From Escherichia phage phiEC1, in the sequence record KY608965.1: DNA of 64,000 nucleotides, one strand, 5' to 3'. The position numbers and the translations under genes are program-made. The notes under the pieces were generated by a model. The model was given only the letters and a program-made list of their open reading frames with translations. It did not search any database and was not told where the DNA came from. How positions within the stretch are numbered: the stretch's first letter is position 1; every line of letters begins with the position of its first letter. Of this stretch, positions 26,660 to 35,631 are shown in pieces.

Positions 26660-27127
26660 TCACAACTTATTAATATTTACTTTAATTCGCTTTCTTTTCT
26701 TGGAAGGAATTTGTTCTGGACCTTTATTTACGACTGCACCTGTAGTTGTTCCTGATGCAATAGCTTGAGGGCTGCCACCTGAATCACCAGCAACCATATC
26801 CTCAAATAAAGGGAGTTCTTTAAATATTTCTTTCTGTTGTTCTTCAGTAATGTTATAGCGTGAAGCTACAGCACTCCAAGCAGACATCATTGAGGCCATT
26901 CCATTAAGACCCGGAACAGTGCTCATCATTCGCTTCATTGAACGAACTGAAGCATGAAAAGGTGTATAAGCCGCTTTCTCTTCGGGAGTAGAAGGACGTT
27001 TAAGAACACTTCCACGTTCGTCGATGATTTTGGCTTCGTATGCTTTCCATTCTGTAAAAGGTTTTTGCATTAGTCGAATAAACTTATATGCATAAACTGA
27101 ATCTATTGCAGTGTTAATAATACCCAT
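26660..27127 (-). CDS. hypothetical protein (155 aa; 61.1 position)
   Basis: Track start is TTG; ATG at 27127 with AGGAGG SD. Confidence 0.5.
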   Translation of the reverse strand: MGIINTAIDSVYAYKFIRLMQKPFTEWKAYEAKIIDERGSVLKRPSTPEEKAAYTPFHASVRSMKRMMSTVPGLNGMASMMSAWSAVASRYNITEEQQKEIFKELPLFEDMVAGDSGGSPQAIASGTTTGAVVNKGPEQIPSKKRKRIKVNINKL

Positions 27128-27146
27128 AGGTACCTCCTGAGTATAT

Positions 27147-27344
27147 TTAATCAATCACAAAGATCGCTTTATCACCGTTCGCATCTGTGACTTCATATGT
27201 AGTGTCTTCATAGTGTGGAATATTCCAAATTACGCCATCATTAGCTTTTACGCTAATATGGCATTGGTGTTTTGAAACAACTTCATAATCTTCAAAACTT
27301 GTAAAAACACTAATTTTAGAACCAGTGCAAATTGCAGTAGTCAT
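27147..27344 (-). CDS. hypothetical protein (65 aa)
   Basis: ATG start. Confidence 0.45.
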   Translation of the reverse strand: MTTAICTGSKISVFTSFEDYEVVSKHQCHISVKANDGVIWNIPHYEDTTYEVTDANGDKAIFVID

Positions 27345-27345
27345 T

Positions 27346-27996
27346 TTAACCTCGATTCATAAATGCATTAAATATTTGGTCATCAACAGAAATTTCTAAT
27401 TCGACTTCAATTGCTTCAACCTTTTCTTCAGGTGGTAATTCGTATCCACACACTACAATTTTTTCATCGATATCAAAATATACAGAAGCAATACGATTAA
27501 TGTTACTTTCAGTTAAGTCTAAATCAACATCAACATCTTTTTGACCTACACTTAAAGGATAACTAATACGGGTTATTTTATTATCTTTAACAAAGAGTCC
27601 ACCAACATACTCTGTACTACGTTTAAAGTTTACACGTTTCCGAATTGAAAGATATGATACATCTTTACCGTGAGCTCGGCTCATAGGACATAATGAATAG
27701 CTAGAATAAGAGATGTCAAATCCTACACCTTCAATATGAGCCAGAGTATCATGAGTAAACCAATTATAGTCGTATGCCAAATCCATTAAATTATAATATG
27801 TGAACGGAACAGGATTAACATCATATGTTGTACCTTTAAAATCTGCCCAGGCAACGATTTCGTTATCTTTAACAATTACAAAAATTACACCAATATGGTA
27901 TCCGTTATTATTTTCATTCGGCGTTATATTATAACATTGTGCATTAGGAAATTTACCATATTTAAATGGCGCGTTTTTGTGCATATAATAAATCAT
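27346..27996 (-). CDS. hypothetical protein (216 aa)
   Basis: Track start is GTG; ATG at 27996 with AGGTGA SD. Confidence 0.5.
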   Translation of the reverse strand: MIYYMHKNAPFKYGKFPNAQCYNITPNENNNGYHIGVIFVIVKDNEIVAWADFKGTTYDVNPVPFTYYNLMDLAYDYNWFTHDTLAHIEGVGFDISYSSYSLCPMSRAHGKDVSYLSIRKRVNFKRSTEYVGGLFVKDNKITRISYPLSVGQKDVDVDLDLTESNINRIASVYFDIDEKIVVCGYELPPEEKVEAIEVELEISVDDQIFNAFMNRG

Positions 27997-27997
27997 A

Positions 27998-28291
27998 TTA
28001 TTCACCTGTGATTTCGGTTACGATATCTTTGTTATCGAAATTAGGGTCACAATACAAAACATAGTTGTACTGCATGATACCACCAGACTTAAGTTGTTCA
28101 ACAACTTTATTAACCATATTAGGACGGTCTCGTTTAGTAATGTTCATGATATCAGCGAAGATTTGATGTTCAACATCTTCTTGATTTGCAGTCATTGACC
28201 ACTCACAGAGGTCTTTATCATAACCTGCCGTAACTGGAGCCGGTGCACATGATACTGCAAGTAAGATTGCTGCCAATGATAACTTTTTCAT
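27998..28291 (-). CDS. sp: periplasmic protein Spackle-like (superinfection exclusion / lysozyme inhibitor)
   Basis: 97 aa with signal peptide MKKLSLAAILLAVSCAP and ...GYDKDLCEWSM...SGGIMQYNYVLYCD resembling T4 Sp as recalled; 61.3 position. Confidence 0.6.
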   Translation of the reverse strand: MKKLSLAAILLAVSCAPAPVTAGYDKDLCEWSMTANQEDVEHQIFADIMNITKRDRPNMVNKVVEQLKSGGIMQYNYVLYCDPNFDNKDIVTEITGE

Positions 28292-28320
28292 TTTAACTCC
28301 TTAGTTGATTTGATAGGACT

Positions 28321-28350
28321 ACTATACTATAGTCCATCTATAATGTAAAC
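28321..28350 (-). promoter_or_regulatory. early promoter (GTTTAC N18 TATAGT) for sp within AGGACTA/TAGTCC hairpin
   Basis: Same aggactactata module type as at 7321 and 6809. Confidence 0.5.
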
Positions 28351-28354
28351 AAGT

Positions 28355-28603
28355 TTATTCTTTTTCGCGAATAATAATTACTTGTTGAGGCTGCTGAGCA
28401 GATTTCTTTTCGGCAACGATAGACCAAATTAAAGTTCCAATCCAACCAACCATCGTCCAGTTAAAGAGTAAAGATACAAAGAAGATTGCTGTTGGGCTTT
28501 TTGTGCCACGAATAAGTGCGATTACCCAAGGCAACATGTAAATGATGATTGAACCAATACCTGCGATTAAAACTGCTACCGAACTAGCTACGAATAATTC
28601 CAT
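28355..28603 (-). CDS. small membrane protein (82 aa)
   Basis: Two predicted transmembrane segments; ATG start. Confidence 0.5.
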   Translation of the reverse strand: MELFVASSVAVLIAGIGSIIIYMLPWVIALIRGTKSPTAIFFVSLLFNWTMVGWIGTLIWSIVAEKKSAQQPQQVIIIREKE

Positions 28604-28664
28604 GTTAATTTCCTCTTGATTTGTTATGTTTATAGTATCTTGTTTTAACTTTGACGTAAACCAA

Positions 28665-29033
28665 TTAATTAAATTTGTTTAAACGTTCAACACACTGGAC
28701 GTAGTTATTCGCGATTTGTTTCTGGGTAGGCTCTTTACCAGTTGTTTCAACATAGCGAATGAATGCGATTTCAGTAGCCTGTAAGCAATGTTCTTTAACG
28801 CGTTGTTCTTTTGACAATGCTACAGTATCAGAGTCACGATAACGTTGAGCATGGGCATCAGCTTGAATCATTCGATTACCTACAGTAACCGGGTCTTCTA
28901 CTTCAACTTTAGGTTGTTCATATTGTTTAACATTAGGATTGTAAATCAATTGGCCGACATTATTAGGGATAAAGCCGTGAGCACCACATCCGGTTAATCC
29001 AAATACCATTGCTAAAGCGATTAATTTTTTCAT
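28665..29033 (-). CDS. putative lipoprotein (122 aa)
   Basis: Signal peptide with lipobox LTGC (MKKLIALAMVFGLTGCG). Confidence 0.55.
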   Translation of the reverse strand: MKKLIALAMVFGLTGCGAHGFIPNNVGQLIYNPNVKQYEQPKVEVEDPVTVGNRMIQADAHAQRYRDSDTVALSKEQRVKEHCLQATEIAFIRYVETTGKEPTQKQIANNYVQCVERLNKFN

Positions 29034-29104
29034 TTCAATTTCCTCTGTAGTTGATAGAAAGATAGTAACACAGTATGTGGTGCTTGTAAACAGTTATTTT
29101 AAAA

Positions 29105-29293
29105 TTATCGAAAATCAGCTTCAAAAACTTTCTCGTCATTAATAAATGCTTTAACTAATGCATTGTTCACTTCAGCAAGTTGTACTGCAACCCACTCGAT
29201 TTCTTCACGATCACCTGATAACATGATATCTTTAGTGAACATCTCACCGCTTTTAAACCAGCCAATAAAAGTAACTTTAGTTAATTTGCTCAT
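29105..29293 (-). CDS. dmd: possible Dmd-like antitoxin (62 aa from second ATG)
   Basis: Position just upstream of the helicase-proximal genes as for T4 dmd (61.5) and similar size; ATGA-coupled ATG with GAGGAAA SD; sequence similarity is a weak recollection. Confidence 0.35.
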   Translation of the reverse strand: MSKLTKVTFIGWFKSGEMFTKDIMLSGDREEIEWVAVQLAEVNNALVKAFINDEKVFEADFR

Positions 29294-29607
29294 ATTTCCT
29301 CGCAAAATGCCCATTCAGCGTGATAAACTGTAGCACCTTTAGTATCATTCATTTGAACTACGTCTACCGGAGAAATTACTCGATAGAGACGTGGTTCACC
29401 TCCATAAGAGCGTGCTGCTCGTCCTGCATAAATCTTTGCTAAACCGATATCTTCAGTAAAGAATACACGATTCAAGTTTTTCTTACGTCCAGTTTCAGAC
29501 AGAACTCCTGTTTCCTCAGGAGGACAAAGCATGTTTTCGATGTTAGCTGAACTACTTGAACCGTGATAAAAAATCTTAAATTCTTCTTTACAATCGATGG
29601 TTTTCAT
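29290..29607 (-). CDS. hypothetical protein (105 aa)
   Basis: ATG start with GGAGAA SD. Confidence 0.5.
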   Translation of the reverse strand: MKTIDCKEEFKIFYHGSSSSANIENMLCPPEETGVLSETGRKKNLNRVFFTEDIGLAKIYAGRAARSYGGEPRLYRVISPVDVVQMNDTKGATVYHAEWAFCEEI

Positions 29608-29633
29608 TTTGTTCTCCAGTAGTTGATAGGTCT

Positions 29634-29662
29634 ATAATAACACAACTACTGGAGAAGTAAAC
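29634..29662 (-). promoter_or_regulatory. early promoter (GTTTAC N17 TATTAT) with -10 in loop of 10-bp SD-sequestering inverted repeat
   Basis: Arms CCAGTAGTTG/CAACTACTGG (29617-29652); the 3' arm overlaps the SD of the 29290-29607 gene. Confidence 0.55.
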
Positions 29663-30037
29663 TTAAAAACGTAATTTAGATATATCTGCGTTGATTTCGT
29701 TTTGGTTTGCGTCGTATGCAATTAAACGAACCGCTTTAGATGGGTCATTCAATGCATAGAAATGATGGAACATTGCTCGAACGATATCGCCATTTACGAG
29801 TTCTACCTGGATAGGAGAACCTTTTTCGAGTTGGAAATGTTCATAAGCTTTGATGGTTCGCAGATAATCAAGTTTTTGATTTCCGGCTCCAACGATTTGT
29901 ACGATACGTTTGCCCATGTTTTCCATACGAGATACAATAGATTTAGGAGCAAGAATAACGTAGGTTGCCAGCGGAGAAACTACTTCAACAGTTGTGTTTT
30001 CGGTGATTGCAGTAAAAATTGCTTGAGACATATTCAT
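29663..30037 (-). CDS. hypothetical protein (124 aa)
   Basis: ATG with AGAGGAAAA SD. Confidence 0.5.
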   Translation of the reverse strand: MNMSQAIFTAITENTTVEVVSPLATYVILAPKSIVSRMENMGKRIVQIVGAGNQKLDYLRTIKAYEHFQLEKGSPIQVELVNGDIVRAMFHHFYALNDPSKAVRLIAYDANQNEINADISKLRF

Positions 30038-30103
30038 AATGTTTTCCTCTTGGTTGGTGTAAGTACATCATATCATGCCTAGAGGAAGATGTAAACCCCG
30101 AAA

Positions 30104-30127
30104 GGAGACCGAAGTCTCCTTTTTATT
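30104..30127. terminator. terminator-like hairpin GGAGAC-CGAA-GUCUCC directly after gene 41
   Basis: Perfect 6-bp stem; the U-run (TTTTTATT) is on the plus side, only UUUCGGGG on the minus side, so direction is ambiguous. Confidence 0.45.
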
Positions 30128-31568
30128 AAAATTTTAACTCATTGGCTAAGCTATCTAGGTCAGCACGTGTTGCTTTGGCTTTACCTACGCGTTCCGTACG
30201 ATTCACCTCTGCCTGACGCATCTGAGCACCTGCGTTTTCATTTACCGTGTTAGGTGTGTTCATGCCTTCTTGCTCAATCTCAACCCATTTCTGATTGCCT
30301 TTACGTACACCCATCAAGAACTTGTTCCACTTATTCTTATCGCCATATCGTGATTTGATTTGTTTGATAAGTTGTTGTTCAGCTTGTGCAAGTTCTTCGG
30401 TTTCAATTACAGCCAACATGAAATCTGCCGTTGCTGGTAAACCTGCTGATTCTGCAATATCGCTCATGTTCATGTCTGAAGCATCCCATGCTGCACGTCC
30501 TACTTGAGCTGCAGTCCATAGAACTGTTTCAGATTCTACTGCTAATGCACGAAGTTCTTCTGCGATAGCTTTAACTAATGTGTAACTATTTTCAGTGTAA
30601 ACTCTGATACGACAAGACCCACAAATACCTAAGTAATCGACTATAATTACAGACGGCACAAAGTTCTTCTTGAGTTTCAATTCATTAAGCAATGCACGGA
30701 ATGTATTAGCATTAGCTCCGCCAGTAGGATACTGTTTGACTACTAAACGTCCTAATGTGGATTTTGAACGCCATTTTTCCATCTTGGCTTTATATTCAGC
30801 ATAAGATACGTTACCATCATCGATATCATCAAGTGATACGTCAAGCATGTTTGCATCTATACGCTTAGCACAAACTTCTTCAGCCATTTCCATGGAAATA
30901 TAAAGAACATTATGTCCTGTTTGAAGATAATCTGCAGCAAGTGAACAAAGGCCTAAAGATTTACCAACGTTAACACCGGCCATTAAAACATTCAGTGTAC
31001 CGGTTTCAGCACCACCTTTAGTGATTTTATTCAGAATGTTTAATTTGAACGGGACCTTACGTGCTTTATTTAGATAAGAAAGCCAGCGTGCTTCATAGTC
31101 TTCCATCCAGTCATGACCAACATAACTATCAAACGAAATTGAAAGTGCTTGACGCATAATATCAGGAATAGCTCCTACGTCAGGCATTTTCTTGTTACGT
31201 TGTTCTGGAGGTAGTTCAGCATTAGACTGAATCTCAATGATTTTGGATGTAGCATTATACATCGCTTTTTGCTGGACATATTTCTCAGTTTCTTTAACCA
31301 ACCATTCATGGTCTTCAGGAGTATCAGCCAATTTTTCAATTAGGTCTGAAGTTCCTTTATATTCGGCTTCAGTTAAAGAACTGTTATCTAAAGCCACCTT
31401 TAATGCATTAATGGATGGCATTGCGTTATATTCGTTAACGTGGTTCTTTATAATTTTAAAGACATTTTTTGCCGGTCCACGCTCAAAGTAATCAGAATCC
31501 ATATAAGGCCAGACCTTAGAAAAATAAGCCTGGTCATATACGAGATGAGACAAAATAATTTCTACCAC
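30126..31568 (-). CDS. 41: replicative DNA helicase (DnaB-like)
   Basis: 480 aa; MVEIILSHLVYDQAYFSKVWPYMDS... matches T4 gp41 as recalled; the start codon reads GTG, preceded by AAGGAG. Confidence 0.95.
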   Translation of the reverse strand: MVEIILSHLVYDQAYFSKVWPYMDSDYFERGPAKNVFKIIKNHVNEYNAMPSINALKVALDNSSLTEAEYKGTSDLIEKLADTPEDHEWLVKETEKYVQQKAMYNATSKIIEIQSNAELPPEQRNKKMPDVGAIPDIMRQALSISFDSYVGHDWMEDYEARWLSYLNKARKVPFKLNILNKITKGGAETGTLNVLMAGVNVGKSLGLCSLAADYLQTGHNVLYISMEMAEEVCAKRIDANMLDVSLDDIDDGNVSYAEYKAKMEKWRSKSTLGRLVVKQYPTGGANANTFRALLNELKLKKNFVPSVIIVDYLGICGSCRIRVYTENSYTLVKAIAEELRALAVESETVLWTAAQVGRAAWDASDMNMSDIAESAGLPATADFMLAVIETEELAQAEQQLIKQIKSRYGDKNKWNKFLMGVRKGNQKWVEIEQEGMNTPNTVNENAGAQMRQAEVNRTERVGKAKATRADLDSLANELKF

Positions 31569-31577
31569 GATAACTCC

Positions 31578-31919
31578 TTAAAAGAATTTAAATTTTTTCT
31601 TGGTTCGTTCATTAAAAGCTTGTTGTACCTGCATTGTAACACATTTTTCAACATGTGGTGCAAGTTCTGCTTTTCTGTCCTGGTCAAGAACTGCAAAGTC
31701 CATTACGATTTTACCATCAACCCAGTCTAGTTTTGTAATATAGACTATATGATGAGAACCATCTTCAAGTGTAATCAGAATCTCTTGAATGACATTTTCC
31801 ATTGCTGAACGGATAATTTTAAGAGATTCATTAAACACTCGTTCTTTGCGAATGTCTTCCCCTTCCGAAGAAGGGGATTCATCAACGATTTCTAGATTTA
31901 AATCATCGAGATTATTCAT
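31578..31919 (-). CDS. 40: gp40-like protein (113 aa; head vertex assembly chaperone position)
   Basis: Start set to ATG at 31919, overlapping the uvsX stop; the longer track ORF would overlap uvsX by about 150 nt. Confidence 0.5.
   Translation of the reverse strand: MNNLDDLNLEIVDESPSSEGEDIRKERVFNESLKIIRSAMENVIQEILITLEDGSHHIVYITKLDWVDGKIVMDFAVLDQDRKAELAPHVEKCVTMQVQQAFNERTKKKFKFF
31859..31876 (-). other. stable hairpin CCCCUUC-UUCG-GAAGGGG inside the 5' end of gene 40
   Basis: Perfect 7-bp GC-rich stem with UUCG tetraloop about 40 nt downstream of the gene 40 start; no U-run follows. Confidence 0.5.
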
Positions 31920-33084
31920 CGAAATCTTCCATTTCGTCAAGGTCGTTTTCAATATCTGCTGCAGACGGAGCATCAGAAGCTTTAACCGGAACTTTAGTTG
32001 TTGCTTTGCAATTAATAAGGTCGTTAACAGCGTCATCAACTTCTTTAATAGAAGAGATAGCACCTAGTTTATATTTAGTTTCAATTGCATCTCGGAAAGG
32101 TTTGTGTTTAAACAAAGGTCCCCAGAATTCTACGCAATCAGTAGCTTTAGCACGCCATGATTTCTCTTCACGAATCATTTCGCCTGTTTCTTCGTCAAGG
32201 AATTCGCGAGCATACCACCCGGCTTTAGGCTTAACTACAAAACCAATTTCAGTTGCCATTTCTAGCAAGCCACTGAATGGGTCGATACCGCCATCAAAAT
32301 TAACTGTGATCGGGAAAGTAGATTTCTCTTTAACTGTACGAGATTTTTCTGCTTTCAACGTGAAGTCATAACCGGTCAATTCTGTACCTTCTTTAACCTG
32401 ACGTTTAGAGATAAAGAATACAGTGTTAGCAGAGTAAAGAATACCTGTACCACCGCCCATAATCTCTTTAGGATATAGTCCGCCGATTTCCATTGCTGTA
32501 TGGTTGATTGCAACACATGGAATATCTTTAATAGTCAGATACGGGGTTACAATACGGAAAAGAGATTTAAGTGCCTTAGCACGAGACATATCACCTACGA
32601 CTTTCTCGTTCAATGCATCTTCGGTTTCTTTCTTAGATGCAGTATTACCGATTGAATCGATAAAGATAATAACTTTATCACCGCGTTCAATTGCATCAAG
32701 CTGATTAGTCATATCAACTTTAAGTTGTTCGACGGACTGAATTGGTGTATGAACTACACGGTCTAAATCAACACCCATTGAACGGAAGTAAGATTCTGAA
32801 GCACCGAATTCTGAGTCATAGAACAAACAGATTGCATCTTTATATTTCTTCATATACGCTGCAACCATAGTTAGTCCAAACAATGTTTTAAAATGTTTAG
32901 AAGGTGCAGCAAAAATAGTCAAGCCTGATTGCAATCCTGCATTCAGAGCACCACCTAGTGCAATATTCAACATCGGAATACGAGTAGGGACTTCATCACG
33001 ATTATTAAACAGCTTAGACTTAGTCAAGTCTGCAGTCATTTTAGAAGTAGAAGCTTTAATCAGACGAGATTTTAAATCAGACAT
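31912..33084 (-). CDS. uvsX: recombinase UvsX (RecA-like)
   Basis: 390 aa; MSDLKSRLIKASTSK... and Walker motifs match T4 UvsX as recalled. Confidence 0.95.
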   Translation of the reverse strand: MSDLKSRLIKASTSKMTADLTKSKLFNNRDEVPTRIPMLNIALGGALNAGLQSGLTIFAAPSKHFKTLFGLTMVAAYMKKYKDAICLFYDSEFGASESYFRSMGVDLDRVVHTPIQSVEQLKVDMTNQLDAIERGDKVIIFIDSIGNTASKKETEDALNEKVVGDMSRAKALKSLFRIVTPYLTIKDIPCVAINHTAMEIGGLYPKEIMGGGTGILYSANTVFFISKRQVKEGTELTGYDFTLKAEKSRTVKEKSTFPITVNFDGGIDPFSGLLEMATEIGFVVKPKAGWYAREFLDEETGEMIREEKSWRAKATDCVEFWGPLFKHKPFRDAIETKYKLGAISSIKEVDDAVNDLINCKATTKVPVKASDAPSAADIENDLDEMEDFDE

Positions 33085-33183
33085 TGTATTTTTCCATAGG
33101 CATCATTATATTTTACTCATGTTTAAAAGATAAGATGATTATATACTAAGAGTTATACAGCATTTAAAACTTTAAACAGGCTC

Positions 33184-33732
33184 TTAACGAGCCCATTTGA
33201 TAATTTCTGTAATCAAATTATTACGTTCGCTTGCATTAAATCCTATAACTTTGTTAGCACCATCATGATTAAGTAATTGATACGTTTGGATTTTGTTATG
33301 AATTGCAAACTCTTCAAAATGTGAAATGACTGTATTAAAACCGAATGAAGACAAAGTAATAAGGTCGTCTTCAAAACTTTCAGTCATTTCATTACGTGTT
33401 AAAATAATTGTGAACACATCATGGTTTTGGCAAAGACGAACATAATCCTGTTCATAAACATCAAGAACCGAGTCCGCATCTTGTCGAATACGTCCATAAA
33501 CCCAGTTACTAATATATCCACGGTCTAACAGATAAATCTTAGTAGGGTCTAAATAATTCAACATCGTTTCGAAACAGCCAACTTCATTTCGAGACTTAAC
33601 ATCGAAACGTCCATCAACTGTTCGTTTAGGGAAATCAATCTTTACATATCTTTCACTAATTTCCATTATGTCATTAATGAAAGTTGTTTTACCGGCATTA
33701 TCCGGGCCGTCTACTAAAATAATTTTAGCCAT
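33184..33732 (-). CDS. P-loop kinase (thymidylate kinase-like fold)
   Basis: 182 aa; Walker A VDGPDNAGKTT and LLDRGYIS (DRY-like) motif; occupies the beta-gt interval of the T4 map. Confidence 0.5.
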   Translation of the reverse strand: MAKIILVDGPDNAGKTTFINDIMEISERYVKIDFPKRTVDGRFDVKSRNEVGCFETMLNYLDPTKIYLLDRGYISNWVYGRIRQDADSVLDVYEQDYVRLCQNHDVFTIILTRNEMTESFEDDLITLSSFGFNTVISHFEEFAIHNKIQTYQLLNHDGANKVIGFNASERNNLITEIIKWAR

Positions 33733-33733
33733 T

Positions 33734-34633
33734 TTATTCCTCGATTACGACATCTTCGTATTTAGGTATATTATACGGCGAAGAAATTAAAGCATTAAAG
33801 TAGATGAACTCACCAAGACCTGGATGGAATACTTCTTCAGGATTTTCGAAATATTGAATCTTCGGACGTCCTTTAAGAATTTGATAGTACTCAGTTTTAG
33901 TTGGATTAAAAATTCGAATCAGCGCTTCTTCAGGATACTTATTTCTGTCGAAGCTATTATTTGGATCGGTTATATAAAGCGGTTGACCTAATTGAATTGC
34001 GCATTCAACCACTTGTTCAAAACGATAACACGGGTCACTAATTCGAAATGGATGAAAAATACCATCTAGATGAATAGGAGCCAAATCACCTACAAGACGC
34101 TGCATGACGGAAGGACGTATAACTTTCTGCGTTACGATAATCTTATTACCATCGGCACCTGCGTTAACCAGCACTTCCTTTTGACGTTCATTCAACACAG
34201 TAGTTTGAAGTGAACGATTAACAGACAACATGTCGGTTTTTAAGAATTCATCAATATAAAAACGTGGTTTATTAGGGTCTGCAGTGATATTGAAATTGAA
34301 TTCTACGTCAAAAGCGCCATCATATCCAGTGATATCTGTGATTAGAAAATCACAATCATAATAAGCAATTAATGAATCAACCACAAATTCATTTTCAGAC
34401 CAAAAATATTTACGAGTGTTATATGCGTTATCTTTATACCATAATGGAACAAACTTAAATTCCGGGAAAAGACGTTCACATTCTTTAATATCAGATGCAT
34501 TACGTGGATATGTAATCACATCACCTGGATTAGCACGGTGCAAATGAAGTTGGAAGTTGCCATCCTTAAGGATAGCATACTGTCCAGTTTCATAAGACCG
34601 CATACTCAAGATAGGTACGCGGAAAATAGCCAT
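33734..34633 (-). CDS. hypothetical protein (299 aa) in the beta-gt interval
   Basis: ATG start; TAATG coupling to the gene 42-like ORF; no similarity to T4 beta-glucosyltransferase recognised. Confidence 0.5.
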   Translation of the reverse strand: MAIFRVPILSMRSYETGQYAILKDGNFQLHLHRANPGDVITYPRNASDIKECERLFPEFKFVPLWYKDNAYNTRKYFWSENEFVVDSLIAYYDCDFLITDITGYDGAFDVEFNFNITADPNKPRFYIDEFLKTDMLSVNRSLQTTVLNERQKEVLVNAGADGNKIIVTQKVIRPSVMQRLVGDLAPIHLDGIFHPFRISDPCYRFEQVVECAIQLGQPLYITDPNNSFDRNKYPEEALIRIFNPTKTEYYQILKGRPKIQYFENPEEVFHPGLGEFIYFNALISSPYNIPKYEDVVIEE

Positions 34634-35349
34634 TAGTCAAGGAATCCTTTAACATAATCAAAATCACGTTCAAACACATGGGCACTTACCATGGTATGAG
34701 TATAATCACCAACTTCTACACCGCATTCGTTAGCGATATAATGAAGTAATTTTCCTTGGAGATAAAAATCCAACTGCATAACAACAGCACAGTTCTGAGA
34801 ACGCATATGGCAGTGGGTATAAAGCTTACCATCACGAATATAATAAGTCACTGAGTCAGTACATGGATATTCAAGTGTTTCGTCCGAATCAAGCAAAGCC
34901 TGATCAGAACTTTCTAGAATTTGGAACACAACTCTTCGAGAGTTAGGTTTCTCTTTAAGTTCTTTTAGAAGAGCTGGTAATTGGGCCACAATGCGAGGAC
35001 CATAGAAAGTGTTGAAGTTCGCAGGCAAAGCATCTGATTTTGGTTTAGAAATGAATTTAGCGACATTAGGATATGCCTTAAACGCTTCTTCTGCATCAGT
35101 ACCACCAGAAATCATAAACTTCCAGAAGTCTTCGGCATATTCATAAGAGATGCGGTTAATACGTGGGTCGGTCATTTTGAACGATGATGGATTGTCAACA
35201 ACTACTGTCATGGACCCGATTTCATTACAACGTCCAATACGAGAATCAGTTACGAATTCCGGGTTTTCTAAAATTTCACGATTGACTGCTTTAAATGCGG
35301 TTTGAAAATCTGCGGCTTTGATATATTTCATTGTGTTATGTTTTCCCAT
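34633..35349 (-). CDS. 42: thymidylate synthase-family pyrimidine C5-modifying enzyme, probable dCMP hydroxymethylase
   Basis: 238 aa; NSRR, YPCT (Pro-Cys nucleophile), HMRSQ and IANECGVEVGDYTHT motifs of the ThyA/dCMP hydroxymethylase fold; Asp (not Asn) in the MQLDFY region suggests cytosine specificity. Confidence 0.55.
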   Translation of the reverse strand: MGKHNTMKYIKAADFQTAFKAVNREILENPEFVTDSRIGRCNEIGSMTVVVDNPSSFKMTDPRINRISYEYAEDFWKFMISGGTDAEEAFKAYPNVAKFISKPKSDALPANFNTFYGPRIVAQLPALLKELKEKPNSRRVVFQILESSDQALLDSDETLEYPCTDSVTYYIRDGKLYTHCHMRSQNCAVVMQLDFYLQGKLLHYIANECGVEVGDYTHTMVSAHVFERDFDYVKGFLD

Positions 35350-35391
35350 GTTTACCTCAATACAATTTATTATATACTCAATTCATAAAGC

Positions 35392-35631
35392 TTATTTGAA
35401 TTTCTTGGCAATGTTGATATAACGTAAAGCTTCAGAATCTATACTTCCAAGAACACTATGAAGAAATGCATCAGCGTAGTATTCCAATTGAACAGGTTCT
35501 TTAATCACTTTAGCCGCTTTGGTTTCAAACAGGCCCATCAGGGCCTTTTTAAGAATTTGTTCATTAGTGTTCAGTTTTATAGTCAAAATCTCTTCATTAA
35601 GTTGGTGGTTAAAAGTTTTTCTAGAAATCAT
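35392..35631 (-). CDS. hypothetical protein (79 aa)
   Basis: ATG start; ATGA coupling to the upstream ORF. Confidence 0.45.
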   Translation of the reverse strand: MISRKTFNHQLNEEILTIKLNTNEQILKKALMGLFETKAAKVIKEPVQLEYYADAFLHSVLGSIDSEALRYINIAKKFK

